A stretch of DNA of 63,415 bases, counting the filler, from a bacterium (lineage in GTDB: Bacteria; JBDRGX01): NCBI GenBank assembly GCA_043817485.1. It is 7 parts of 7 records of this genome, joined end to end, with 100 filler letters (N's around TTAATTAATTAA, not from the genome) between each part and the next. Parts side by side here need not be neighbours in the genome. Positions count along the whole stretch, not along the records: positions 1 to 14,723 come from JBDRGX010000097.1; 6 more parts are not named here. The stretch is one strand, 5' to 3'. The translations under genes and the position numbers were made by a program. Positions 1-9,902 of the stretch are shown here, piece after piece. Numbering within the stretch: position 1 is the stretch's first letter; each line of letters begins with the position of its first letter. The notes beneath the pieces were generated by a model. That model was not told the DNA's origin. It made no database searches and saw only the letters and a list, made by a program, of their open reading frames with translations.

Positions 1-140
1 ATATTATACTTGATCCTTTTATGGGTAGTGGTACAACTGCAATTGCAGCTTTGAAATCTGATAGAAAATATGTTGGATATGACATTAGCCAAGAATACAT
101 TGATCTTGCAGAAAAAAGAATAAAACCTTTTAAGATATAG
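1..140 (+). CDS. C-terminal fragment of a site-specific DNA methyltransferase (N4-C/N6-A, beta class)
   Basis: Frame from nt 3 reads [45 protein letters not shown]; DPFxGSGTT SAM-binding motif near the C-terminus; truncated by window start. Confidence 0.85.
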   Translation, partial: IILDPFMGSGTTAIAALKSDRKYVGYDISQEYIDLAEKRIKPFKI

Positions 141-149
141 AAAAGACCC

Positions 150-241
150 CTACAATAATATCACCCCTTCGGGATTATGTAGAAGATGAAAAAAACAAAA
201 AAATAGGTAATCTTAATCCAGAAAGGGTGGCATTATTATAG
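150..241. repeat. Inverted pair of REP-like hairpin units (family B, CTACAATAATRTCACCCCTTCGGG)
   Basis: 150-177 ctacaataatatcaccccttcgggatta vs reverse complement of 214-241 ctataataatgccaccctttctggatta; further copies at 699-726 and 55584-55612. Confidence 0.8.
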
Positions 242-340
242 AAGGTAACATTATTGTATGTTTTTGTTAATATATTAAAAAGGCTAAAGATGTTTGTTCA
301 TCAGAATAAATGGGAAATGGAAAATGGAAAATTTTTCATT

Positions 341-404
341 GTTTCAGATTTAGTATTTTGGTCATTCGAATTTGTTTCGAATTTCAATATTCGGATTTCG
401 AATT
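341..404 (+). repeat. Dispersed TTCGAA-rich intergenic repeat (family A)
   Basis: gtttcagatttagtattttggtcattcgaatttgtttcgaatttcaatattcggatttcgaattt; related copies at about ten intergenic sites. Confidence 0.75.
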
Positions 405-511
405 TTCTTATTTATATTTATTTCAAATTTTGATATTCGTTTTAAATTGAAAAATGAAAATTGAAAATTTATTTTGGATTTAGTTTTACTATTAGGAAGT
501 GAAAAAGAGGA

Positions 512-544
512 TTCCACTCCCCTACCCCCGCCAGCAGGGGACAT
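512..544 (+). repeat. GC-rich REP-like unit (family C, ACCCCCGCCAGCAGGGGACAT)
   Basis: Matches the reverse complement of 60501-60546 over the 21-nt core and the ttccac flank. Confidence 0.75.
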
Positions 545-698
545 AGGAAATTTAGATGGTATTAATGAAAGGAAAATGAGAAATGTAAAATTATTGATTT
601 TTGGTAATATGAATTTGTTTTCCAATCATTTTTCATTTCCAATTTTCAATTTCTAATTTGAAATTTCTAATAAATACAAATATTTTTACAAATAATCC

Positions 699-726
699 TA
701 ACCCGAAGGAGATGACATTATTGTAG
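699..726 (-). repeat. REP-like family B copy
   Basis: Reverse complement ctacaataatgtcatctccttcgggtta matches 150-177. Confidence 0.7.
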
Positions 727-757
727 TAAAATAACAAATACGAAAGGACATTTTATT

Positions 758-1642
758 ATGACTGAATTAAATAAACCAATGAATGGTAAAATATGTATGG
801 TAACAGGTGCTACTTCAAGCATTGGCGAAATAACATCTCGTGAATTGGCACGATTGGGTGCAACTGTGATTGTAGTAGGACGCAATCCTGAAAAAAGCCT
901 TAATACAGTCAATATGATCAAACAACAAACTGGAAATCCAAATGTTGAATTTATGTTAGCAGACCTATCCTCACAAAAAAAAATCCACCAGTTAGCACAA
1001 CAATTCAAAAGTCGTTATCAACATTTACATGTACTAATAAATAATGCCGGAGCTATTTTTACCAAGCGACAAGAAAGCATAGATGGAATCGAGATGACAT
1101 TTGCAGTCAATCATTTAGGTTGCTTTTTACTTACAAACTTGTTACTTGATATTCTAAAAACCAGTACACCAAGCCGAATTATCAATGTTTCAGCACACCA
1201 ACATCATAAAAAAGCAAATATTGATTTTAACGATTTACAAAATAGAAAAAAATACAAATTTTGGGAAGTATATATGCAGACAAAGCTTTACAACTTATTA
1301 TTCACCTATGAATTAGCACAACGGCTTAAAGAAACAAACATCACAGTAAATGCTCTTCATCCGGGAGTTCTATCATCAAACTTGGGTATGAATAATAAAG
1401 GGATTGTACATTTTATTTTGCAACTAATCAAACCTTTATTCAATATAATATTAACAAACCCTGAAAAAGGTGCACAAACAATGATTTATCTGGCTACTTC
1501 GCCAGAAGTAAAGGACATTACTGGAGAATTTTTTATAGAAAAAAAAATAATAGAATCATATAAAAATTTTTATGATAAAGAATCTGCCAATCGGTTATGG
1601 CAAATAAGTGCTGAATTAACAAAACTTGAGAAAAGAAATTAA
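758..1642 (+). CDS. Short-chain dehydrogenase/reductase (retinol dehydrogenase-like)
   Basis: TGATSSIG, NNAG, YxxxK (YMQTK) and NALHPG motifs. Confidence 0.9.
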   Translation: MTELNKPMNGKICMVTGATSSIGEITSRELARLGATVIVVGRNPEKSLNTVNMIKQQTGNPNVEFMLADLSSQKKIHQLAQQFKSRYQHLHVLINNAGAIFTKRQESIDGIEMTFAVNHLGCFLLTNLLLDILKTSTPSRIINVSAHQHHKKANIDFNDLQNRKKYKFWEVYMQTKLYNLLFTYELAQRLKETNITVNALHPGVLSSNLGMNNKGIVHFILQLIKPLFNIILTNPEKGAQTMIYLATSPEVKDITGEFFIEKKIIESYKNFYDKESANRLWQISAELTKLEKRN

Positions 1643-1667
1643 TTAGAATTAATTATGGAGATTTTTC

Positions 1668-2840
1668 TTGAAAATTAAAGTATTACAATTAATTACTCGT
1701 TTAAATGTAGGTGGACCATCAATACATGTAATTTTACTTACCAAAGATTTAAACAAGGAGCGATTTGAATCTTTTTTAATAAGTGGACAAGAAGATTTAT
1801 CAGAAGGAAATATGTTAGATTTATTAGAAGAAAAAGAAATAAAACCTATTATTATTTCAGAAATAGGTAGAGAAATTAATTGGCATGATGATTTTATATC
1901 TCTTTGGAAATTATGGAAATATATTAAAAAAATAAAACCCGATATTATTCACACACATATGGCAAAAATTGGCACTCTTGGTCGTATAAGTGGAATTTTA
2001 GCAGGAGTTCCCATAATTATTCATACTTTTCATGGACATACTTTTCATAGTTATTTCAGCCCTTTAAAAAATCAATTATTTATTTTTATTGAAAAAATTT
2101 TAGCTTTTTTTACTACTAAAATTATTGCTATTACTAAATCTCAAAAAGATGAAATATTAAAACATGGAATAGGAAATCCTAAAAAAATTGTTATGATACC
2201 ATTGGGCTTTGATTTAGAAAAATTTTTAAATTGTGATAAAGAAAAAGGAAAATTTCGTCAAGAATTAAATTTTAATGAAAATGATTTTTTAATTGGAATT
2301 ATTGCTCGACTTGTTCCAATTAAAGGACATTCATATTTTTTAAAAGCAGCTTCTATTATAGCAAAAAAATATCCTCAAGCAAAATTTCTTATTATTGGAG
2401 ATGGTAAATTAAGGCCATCATTAGAAAAATTAGCACAAGAATTAGGAATTATTTCTCAAACCTTTTTTTTAGGTTTCAAAAAAGATATGGATAAAATTTA
2501 TGCAGATTTAGATTTAGTAGTAATTTCTTCTTTAAATGAGGGCTCCCCTGTTTCTATAATTGAAGCTATGGCTGCAGCAAAGGCAATAGTATCTACAAAT
2601 GTAGGTGGAGTTCCAGATTTAATAAAAAATAATGAAACTGGAGTTTTAGTTCCTTCAAAAAATCCAGATGCTTTGGCTCAAGAAATAATAGCTTTATTAG
2701 AAAATCCAGACAAAAGAAAAAAAATGGGAATTTTAGCAAAAGAAAATGCTACTTATCAATTTAGTAAAGAAAATTTAATTAAAAATACAGAAAATCTTTA
2801 TAATGAATTAGTATCTAACTTAAAAATAAATAAAGGATAA
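1668..2840 (+). CDS. Glycosyltransferase family 4 (GT-B)
   Basis: HTHMAK...HTFHGH N-terminal motifs; EGSPVSIIEAMA (ExxxxxxxE); VGGVPDLI. Confidence 0.9.
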   Translation: MKIKVLQLITRLNVGGPSIHVILLTKDLNKERFESFLISGQEDLSEGNMLDLLEEKEIKPIIISEIGREINWHDDFISLWKLWKYIKKIKPDIIHTHMAKIGTLGRISGILAGVPIIIHTFHGHTFHSYFSPLKNQLFIFIEKILAFFTTKIIAITKSQKDEILKHGIGNPKKIVMIPLGFDLEKFLNCDKEKGKFRQELNFNENDFLIGIIARLVPIKGHSYFLKAASIIAKKYPQAKFLIIGDGKLRPSLEKLAQELGIISQTFFLGFKKDMDKIYADLDLVVISSLNEGSPVSIIEAMAAAKAIVSTNVGGVPDLIKNNETGVLVPSKNPDALAQEIIALLENPDKRKKMGILAKENATYQFSKENLIKNTENLYNELVSNLKINKG

Positions 2841-2842
2841 AA

Positions 2843-4124
2843 ATGAAAGTTTTAATTATTGGTGAAGGAGGAAGAGAACATGCTCTTCTTGATAAAATAA
2901 AACAAAATCCAAAAGTTGAAAAAATTTATTGTGCTCCAGGAAATGCTGGGACAAAAATAAATGGAGAAAATGTAAATATTAAAGCAGATAATATTTTGGA
3001 ATTACGAAATTTTGCTATTAAAGAAAAAATAGATTTAACAATTGTAGGCCCAGAAATTTCTTTAGTATTAGGAATAGTAGATTTATTTCAATCATCTGGA
3101 CTTAAAATTTTTGGACCTTCTAAAAATGCAGCAGAAATAGAAGGAAGTAAATGCTTTAGTAAAAATTTAATGAAAAAATATGGAATCCCTTCAGCTAATT
3201 ATGAAATATTTGATAATAAAAATGATGCTATTTCTTATCTCGATAAAGTAAATTTTCCTATAGTTATTAAAGTAGATGGTTTAGCAGCAGGAAAAGGTGT
3301 TTTAATTTCTATGAACAAAAAAGAAGCTATTGCATCAATAGAAGAAATATTAGTAAAAAAAAAATTTTGGAATAGCTGGAAATAAAATAATTATTGAAGA
3401 ATATTTAGAAGGAGAAGAAATATCTATTTTAGCTTTTTCAGATGGTAAAAATGTTCTTCCAATGATTTCTTCTCAAGATCATAAAAAAATTTTTGATGGA
3501 GATAAAGGCCCTAATACTGGTGGAATGGGAGCTTATGCACCAACTCCCACAGTTGATTCCCAACTTCTTTCAGAAATTGAAAATCGTATTTTAAAACCTA
3601 CAATAAAAGCTTTATCTTTAGAAAATAAATTTTATTGTGGTATTTTATATGCGGGAATAATACTTACTAAACAAGGTTTAAAAGTTTTAGAATTTAATTG
3701 TCGTTTTGGAGATCCAGAAACTCAAGTTATTCTTCCTTTAATGAAAACTGATTTAATAGAAATAATTGAAGCATGTTTAAATGGTGAATTAAATAAAATT
3801 GCTTTAGATTGGCATCAAAAATCAGCTGTATGTGTAGTTTTATCTTCTCTTGGGTATCCAGGAAATTATGAAAAAGAAAAAAAAATTGATGGATTAGAAA
3901 AATTTATTTCAAACAAAGATATTCATATTTTCCATGCTGGAACTAAACTAATAAATGAAAAAATAGTAACTAATGGTGGAAGAGTATTAGGAGTATGTGC
4001 TTTAGGAACAAATATTAAAGATGCTATCAATAAAAGTTATAAAGCTGTTTCTGAAATTTATTTTGATGGAATGTATTATCGAAAAGATATAGGCAATAAA
4101 GCATTAAAAATTAATTCTAAATAA
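2843..4124 (+). CDS. purD: Phosphoribosylamine--glycine ligase, frameshifted at the A10/T4 run near 3355-3368
   Basis: GGREHAL, KVDGLAAGKGV, then in the shifted frame IIEEYLEGEE, QDHKK, GPNTGGMGAY, EFNCRFGDPE, GGRVL. Confidence 0.93.
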
Positions 4125-4151
4125 AAAGTTTATTAAACGGAGTATATTATA

Positions 4152-4565
4152 ATGACAAATTTAAAACGATTTAGTATTTCACTTAATAAAGATTTGGTAA
4201 ATAAATTTGATAATCATATTAAAGAAAAAAATTATTCTACAAGATCTAAAGCAATTGGCGATTTAATAAGACAGGATTTTGTAAAAACTGAATGGATACA
4301 AGGAGAAAAAGTAATTGGAATAATTACTATGGTTTATGATCATCATAAAAAAGAACTTGTAAATAAATTAATTGATATTGAACATCATTTTCATGATTTA
4401 ATTATTTCTTCTCAACACATTCATTTGGATAAAGACAATTGCGTAGAAATAATTATAACAAAAAGTAATCCTAAAAAAATAGAAAATTTATTTGATAAAC
4501 TAAAATCTACAAAAGGAGTAAAACATAGTTCTTTAAGTATGGCTACTACTGGACAACAAATATAA
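4152..4565 (+). CDS. nikR: Nickel-responsive transcriptional regulator NikR
   Basis: Ribbon-helix-helix start RFSISL...RSKAIGDLIR; YDHH and SSQHIHLDKDNC metal site. Confidence 0.9.
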   Translation: MTNLKRFSISLNKDLVNKFDNHIKEKNYSTRSKAIGDLIRQDFVKTEWIQGEKVIGIITMVYDHHKKELVNKLIDIEHHFHDLIISSQHIHLDKDNCVEIIITKSNPKKIENLFDKLKSTKGVKHSSLSMATTGQQI

Positions 4566-4603
4566 TTTTTTTTAAAATTCAAGGAAATGCATAACTTTTA
4601 AAA

Positions 4604-5434
4604 ATGATTAAAATAGAAAATTTAACTAAATATTTTGGTAAAATAAAAGCATTAGATAATCTTAATTTACACATTAAAAAAGGTGAAATATTTGGATTGC
4701 TTGGTCCTAATGGTGCTGGAAAAACAACAACAATACAAATACTAACTACGCTATTATCTCCAAGTTCTGGGAAAATAGAAATTGATGGTTTAGATATTAT
4801 TAAAAATGCAAATAAAATTAAACAATTAATTGGAGTTTGTCCGCAAGAAATAAATCTTGACAAAGATCTTAGTGCCAAAGAAAATCTTCATATACATGGG
4901 CTACTTTACAAAATATCAAAAATAGACAACAAAATAAATGATTTACTTGAATGGGCTAATTTAAAAAATAGAAAAAATAATCTTGTAAGCACTTATTCAG
5001 GAGGGATGCAAAGAAGATTACTTATTATTAGATCTATTATGCATCAGCCAAAAATACTTTTTTTAGATGAACCAACTATTGGACTTGATCCACAAATAAA
5101 GCGACAAATCTGGGATATTATTCGTAAATTAAATAAAGAAGGTACTACTATTTTACTAACTACTCATTATATTGAAGAAACAGAAATACTTTGTCATCGA
5201 GTAGGTATACTTAATTATGGCAAATTAATTGCTATGGGAACACCACAAGAAATAAAAGCACAAATTGGACATTTTGTAGTAGAATCATTTGATAATGGGA
5301 TAACCAATTATCATTTATTTGAAAATAGAGAAGAAGCATACAAATTTGCAGAAAATAAAAATAATATACTGATTAGAGCATCAAATCTTGAAGATGTTTT
5401 TATCAAAATTACTGGTAAAAAAATTAAAAAGTAA
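4604..5434 (+). CDS. ABC-2 type transporter ATP-binding subunit (DrrA/NodI-like)
   Basis: GPNGAGKTT, YSGGMQRR, LFLDEPTIGLD, TTHYIEE. Confidence 0.9.
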   Translation: MIKIENLTKYFGKIKALDNLNLHIKKGEIFGLLGPNGAGKTTTIQILTTLLSPSSGKIEIDGLDIIKNANKIKQLIGVCPQEINLDKDLSAKENLHIHGLLYKISKIDNKINDLLEWANLKNRKNNLVSTYSGGMQRRLLIIRSIMHQPKILFLDEPTIGLDPQIKRQIWDIIRKLNKEGTTILLTTHYIEETEILCHRVGILNYGKLIAMGTPQEIKAQIGHFVVESFDNGITNYHLFENREEAYKFAENKNNILIRASNLEDVFIKITGKKIKK

Positions 5435-5443
5435 GGTAATTTA

Positions 5444-6184
5444 ATGAATTTTTATCCTATATTTTTGCGTGAAATGATTATATTAAAACGAAGATTTTTT
5501 CGTTTTGGATATCTTTTCTCAAGCATGATTATGCCCTTACTTTATTTAATTGTTTTTGGATTAGGACTTGGTAAAAAAATAAATATTGAACAAGGATCTT
5601 ATCTTATGTTTATAGTTCCTGGTATTTGTGCTATGAGTTCAACAATTAATTCATATATGTGGCTTGCTACTTCTATTTGTGTTAATAGACTACATTTTAA
5701 AATAATAGATGAATATTTAGTAAGTCCTATAACAGCAATGGATATAATGATTGGAGAAATATTATCTGGTGCAATTCGAGGACTTTTTGCTTCAAGTATA
5801 ATTTTTATATTTGGAGCTATTTTTGGTGCTGGTTTTCCACAAAATCCTTTATTTTTTTTAATATTGATATTAAATTGTTTAATATTTTCTTGTTTTGGTG
5901 TTATTGCTGGATTTTCAGCAAAATCACATGAAGATATAATTGCATTTTCTAATTTCTTTATTATGCCTATGACATTTTTTTGTGGGACATTTTTTCCAAC
6001 AAATAAATTACCTTATTTTGTAAAAATAATTCTTAATTTTTTACCATTAACTCATACTAATAATTGTCTCCGTGCAAGTTTTTCAGGACAAAAAATTGAA
6101 ATAACATCTTTCATTATTATATTATTTTCTTTTATACTTTTTTTTAATTGGGGAATAATTACTATTAAAAAAGTACAAAGATAA
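5444..6184 (+). CDS. ABC-2 type transporter permease
   Basis: About six hydrophobic segments; FFCGTFFP...LP...LPLTH ABC-2 signature. Confidence 0.85.
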   Translation: MNFYPIFLREMIILKRRFFRFGYLFSSMIMPLLYLIVFGLGLGKKINIEQGSYLMFIVPGICAMSSTINSYMWLATSICVNRLHFKIIDEYLVSPITAMDIMIGEILSGAIRGLFASSIIFIFGAIFGAGFPQNPLFFLILILNCLIFSCFGVIAGFSAKSHEDIIAFSNFFIMPMTFFCGTFFPTNKLPYFVKIILNFLPLTHTNNCLRASFSGQKIEITSFIIILFSFILFFNWGIITIKKVQR

Positions 6185-6368
6185 AAAAAACATTTTTTAT
6201 TGTTAGATAAAAATATTAGCAAAAAAATGAAAGTAAAGTTTAATTTTAATTTTAAAAAACATAAAATTTAGTTAAAATAATTTTTTATCAATAACATTTA
6301 TTTTTTTTTTCTTGCCAATTTTTTTATTTTTAATATTTATGAAAATATTATATATGCGATTTGTAATC

Positions 6369-6482
6369 ATAAGTTGCAATTAAAAATAAAATGTTGCAAA
6401 TTATTAAATTTTTTTGTTTTGAATTTCGATATTCGTAGTTCGTATTTTCTTATTAATATTATCTCTTGAATTGCGATTTTAT
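6369..6482 (+). mobile_element. MITE-like element family E carrying a family A repeat
   Basis: Left end ataagttgcaattaaaaataaaatgttgcaaatt; right end ttgaattgcgattttat is an imperfect inverted repeat; same left end at 7835, 53838 and (reversed) 44760-44800. Confidence 0.55.
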
Positions 6483-6520
6483 AATTTTTTTAACTTTATT
6501 TAAAAAATTAGGAGGAAATC

Positions 6521-7276
6521 ATGTCTGGTCATTCTAAATGGTCTTCAATTAAGCATAAAAAAGGAAAAGAAGATGCTAAAAGAGGAAAAATTTTTACTAA
6601 ATTAATTAAAGAAATTACAACAGCAACAAGAATAAGTGGAAAAGATATAGAAAATAATCCGCGATTAAGAACTGCTATTCAAAAAGCTAAATCATTTAGT
6701 ATGCCAGCAGATAATATTACTAAAGCTATAAAAAAAGGAACTGGAGAAATAGAAGGAATAAGATATGACGATTTTACTTACGAAGGATATGGTCCAAGTG
6801 GTGTTGCAATTTTAGTAGAAGTAACAACAGATAATAAAAATAGAACTATTGCTGATATAAGACATCTTTTTTCTAAATATGGCGGAAATTTAGGTGAATC
6901 TGGTTGTGTCAACTGGATGTTTGAAAAAAAAGGTTATATTTCAATAGATAAAACTAAATATTCAGAAGATGAAATTATGACAATAGCATTAGAAACAGGA
7001 GCAAGCGATATTAAAGAAGATGAAGAAAATTTTGAAATAATTATAGATCTAAATATTTTTGAAAAAGTTAAACAATCTTTTCAAGAAAAAAATATTGAAT
7101 TTATAACAGCAGAAATAACTATGGTCCCTAAATCTACAATAAAATTAGAAGGTAGAAAAGCACAACAAATGCTTAATTTAATGGAATTATTAGAAGATTT
7201 AGATGATGTTCAAAATGTTTATGCTAATTTTGATATTTCTTTAGAAGAAATGGAAAAAATAAATACACAAGAATAA
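6521..7276 (+). CDS. yebC: YebC/PmpR family protein
   Basis: MSGHSKWSSIKHKK start; YEGYGPSG; DVQNVYANF. Confidence 0.95.
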   Translation: MSGHSKWSSIKHKKGKEDAKRGKIFTKLIKEITTATRISGKDIENNPRLRTAIQKAKSFSMPADNITKAIKKGTGEIEGIRYDDFTYEGYGPSGVAILVEVTTDNKNRTIADIRHLFSKYGGNLGESGCVNWMFEKKGYISIDKTKYSEDEIMTIALETGASDIKEDEENFEIIIDLNIFEKVKQSFQEKNIEFITAEITMVPKSTIKLEGRKAQQMLNLMELLEDLDDVQNVYANFDISLEEMEKINTQE

Positions 7277-7294
7277 ATTTTATTTGGAAATTTT

Positions 7295-7798
7295 ATGTTA
7301 ATATTAGGAATAGACCCAGGAATAGCACGTATAGGTTATGGTATAGTAAAAGATGAAAAAGGAAATTTAATTCCTATTTCTTATGGATGTATTATTACTT
7401 CTCCACAAACTATTTTTCCTCTTCGATTAAAAAAAATTTATGAAGAAATTTTGAAAATTATAAAAGAATTTAAACCAGAAATAGTAGTAATTGAAAAATT
7501 ATTTTTTGCTAAAAATATTAAAACAGCTATTTCTATAAGTCAAGCACAAGGTGTTATTATTTTAGCATCTATTATGTCTGGTATTTCTATTAAAGAATAC
7601 ACTCCATTAGAAGTAAAACAATCTGTAACTGGATTTGGGAAAGCTGATAAAAAACAAGTCCAAGTAATGATTAAACATATATTAAAACTAAAAGAAATCC
7701 CAAAATTAGATGATACTGCAGATGCATTAGCTCTTGCTATTTGTTATCTTAATTTTGCTAAATTCGAAAAACAAATAAAAAATAAATTAAATACTTAA
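7295..7798 (+). CDS. ruvC: Holliday junction resolvase RuvC
   Basis: ILGIDPG, IEKLFF, EYTPLEVK, DDTADALALA. Confidence 0.95.
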   Translation: MLILGIDPGIARIGYGIVKDEKGNLIPISYGCIITSPQTIFPLRLKKIYEEILKIIKEFKPEIVVIEKLFFAKNIKTAISISQAQGVIILASIMSGISIKEYTPLEVKQSVTGFGKADKKQVQVMIKHILKLKEIPKLDDTADALALAICYLNFAKFEKQIKNKLNT

Positions 7799-7834
7799 TA
7801 TTTTTTAACTTTTAGAAAACAAAAAATATTATTT

Positions 7835-7980
7835 ATACCAAACTGCAAACAGAAATAAAATATTGCAAACTATCAAATTCAAAATATGAAACAATAAAAA
7901 AAATTCAAATATTGAAACAGTTCTTGTTTTGAACATTTATATTTTGGTAATTTGATATTGTTTCGAATTTCGGATTTTCT
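7835..7980 (+). repeat. Family E left end plus family A repeat
   Basis: ataccaaactgcaaacagaaataaaatattgcaaactatcaaattc ... ttgttttgaacatttatattttggtaatttgatattgtttcgaatttcggatttt. Confidence 0.6.
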
Positions 7981-8057
7981 CTTATTGTTACTATCCATTT
8001 GATTACACAATTAATATGAATGTTATTTCAAAAACTTAGGTATTTTTAAAATTTAAT

Positions 8058-8768
8058 TTATTTAAATATAGCTTTTATTTTCCCCCAATTTTTTTCTTCA
8101 ATAGAACTTGGCCCTACAAAAGTTATTTCATAAAATAAATTAGGTTGAGCATATAATCCTACTATTCCAGCCCAAGAACTTGATTCAACTTCTGCTCCTA
8201 CACGATTTCTACAAAAATTTGCTCCCCATTTAGTTCCTACAACTGGATTATTTAATACTAATGAACTAAATGGAATTTTTACCTCAACACTCCAAAACTT
8301 ATTTTCCATATCTTTATATACAGCTGATTCCCATAATGGATTCACACCTTTATTTCCATTTTCTTCATCATAATGAGTATTAATAGTATTAAGTACAAAT
8401 TGCATATAATTATCTCTTGTTTTTTTACAATCAAAAAAAAGTTCTACACTATCTTCCATATAAAGAGCACTATCATGTTCAGTTCTATTGCTTATTAATA
8501 AATTCATTTTTGGTTCATTACATTTTAATCCTAAATATAAATAAGTATTTGTATAAATTAATTTTACAAAAGTTTGTGCTTGTGCTATATTTCCAGTTTT
8601 ATCATCTTTAAAATTAGTACAAGATTTATTAGCCAAATTCCAAACAACATCATCTAATTTACCATCTAAAACTGGTTCTGCATCTACTTTTATTACATCA
8701 TAATTATCTGCATAACTTGCAGTAATTACAAACAAAAAAAGTACTATCAATAAATTCTTTATCTTCAT
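8058..8768 (-). CDS. Secreted CBM9/DOMON-like sugar-binding protein with C-terminal WGxIK tail
   Basis: Signal peptide; PVLDGKLDDVVW, DSVELFFD, WSVEVKIPFSSL, WGANFCR; ends EEKNWGKIKAIFK. Confidence 0.8.
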   Translation of the reverse strand: MKIKNLLIVLFLFVITASYADNYDVIKVDAEPVLDGKLDDVVWNLANKSCTNFKDDKTGNIAQAQTFVKLIYTNTYLYLGLKCNEPKMNLLISNRTEHDSALYMEDSVELFFDCKKTRDNYMQFVLNTINTHYDEENGNKGVNPLWESAVYKDMENKFWSVEVKIPFSSLVLNNPVVGTKWGANFCRNRVGAEVESSSWAGIVGLYAQPNLFYEITFVGPSSIEEKNWGKIKAIFK

Positions 8769-8813
8769 TTTAAACTCTCCTTATAGGTTAAAAAAATGTT
8801 TATTTTTTTCAGT

Positions 8814-9854
8814 TTATAATCCGAAAAAAACTTTTGCTTCATTATAATATACTTGTGGAACAATTTTAAGAACTCCTACACCTTCTTCTAAATTTGCTTC
8901 TACTATTTCTGTTCCTTTTAAGGATACCATTTTCCCAAATTTATTTTGTTTAATTAAATCATAAGCTTTATATCCAAATCGAGTACCTAACACTCTATCA
9001 AAAGCAGATGGAGCACCTCCTCTTTGAAGATGTCCTAATACCATCAATCGTGTTTCAATGCCAGTTCTTTTTTCTATTTCTTTTTCTAAAACTTCTCCAA
9101 TACCTATTCCCTTTCCTAATTGAATATGACCAAAAGCATCAAACCCTTCATTATGCTTTACTTTTTCTTCTAATTCTAAACATCTTGCTCCTTCTGCTAC
9201 TGCTACCATAGAATAAACTTTTCCTTGTTCTTTTCTTTTTTTAATTATATCACAAACATAATTTATATCAAAAAGTTCTTCGGGAATAAGTATAATATGA
9301 GCACCACCAGCAATTCCTGCATGTAATGCCATCCAACCAGCATGTCTACCCATTATTTCCACTATCATTACTCTATGATGAGATTTTGCTGTAGTATGAA
9401 GTCTATCCATTGCTTCTGTAGCAATGTTAATAGCTGTATCAAAGCCAAAAGTATAATCAGTTGCTGAAACATCATTATCAATAGTTTTAGGTACACCAAT
9501 AACTTTAATACCCATTTTAAATAATTTATTAGCAACACCTAAAGTATCTTCACCACCAATTGCAACAAGTGCATCCATTTTCATTTCTTTCATATTTTCT
9601 ACAATAATTTCGGTTCCTTTTTCTATTTTAAAAGGATTTGTACGAGAAGATCCTAAAATAGTACCACCTTGTCTTTGAATATCTTCAACATCATCTAATG
9701 TCAAAACATTAAATAATTTTTGAATCATTCCTTTCCAACCTAATTGTACACCCAATATTTCATTACCATCTTGAATTGCTCTAATTGTTATTCCTCTAAT
9801 AACAGCATTTAATCCAGGAGCATCTCCTCCACCAGTTAATATTCCTATTCTCAT
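8814..9854 (-). CDS. pfkA: 6-phosphofructokinase, probably PPi-dependent (mixed-substrate group III type)
   Basis: TGGGDAPG, GGEDT, PKTIDND, MGRHAGW, GHLQRGG. Confidence 0.9.
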   Translation of the reverse strand: MRIGILTGGGDAPGLNAVIRGITIRAIQDGNEILGVQLGWKGMIQKLFNVLTLDDVEDIQRQGGTILGSSRTNPFKIEKGTEIIVENMKEMKMDALVAIGGEDTLGVANKLFKMGIKVIGVPKTIDNDVSATDYTFGFDTAINIATEAMDRLHTTAKSHHRVMIVEIMGRHAGWMALHAGIAGGAHIILIPEELFDINYVCDIIKKRKEQGKVYSMVAVAEGARCLELEEKVKHNEGFDAFGHIQLGKGIGIGEVLEKEIEKRTGIETRLMVLGHLQRGGAPSAFDRVLGTRFGYKAYDLIKQNKFGKMVSLKGTEIVEANLEEGVGVLKIVPQVYYNEAKVFFGL

Positions 9855-9902
9855 AAAATTTTCTCCTTTATTTTAAATTTTTAAATACAATTTTTTCATT
9901 AA

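Noticed and set aside
362-656. Short ORFs 362-625(-) and 474-656(+)
   Set aside because: They translate intergenic repeat families A and C and heptamer tracts; no RBS or domain support
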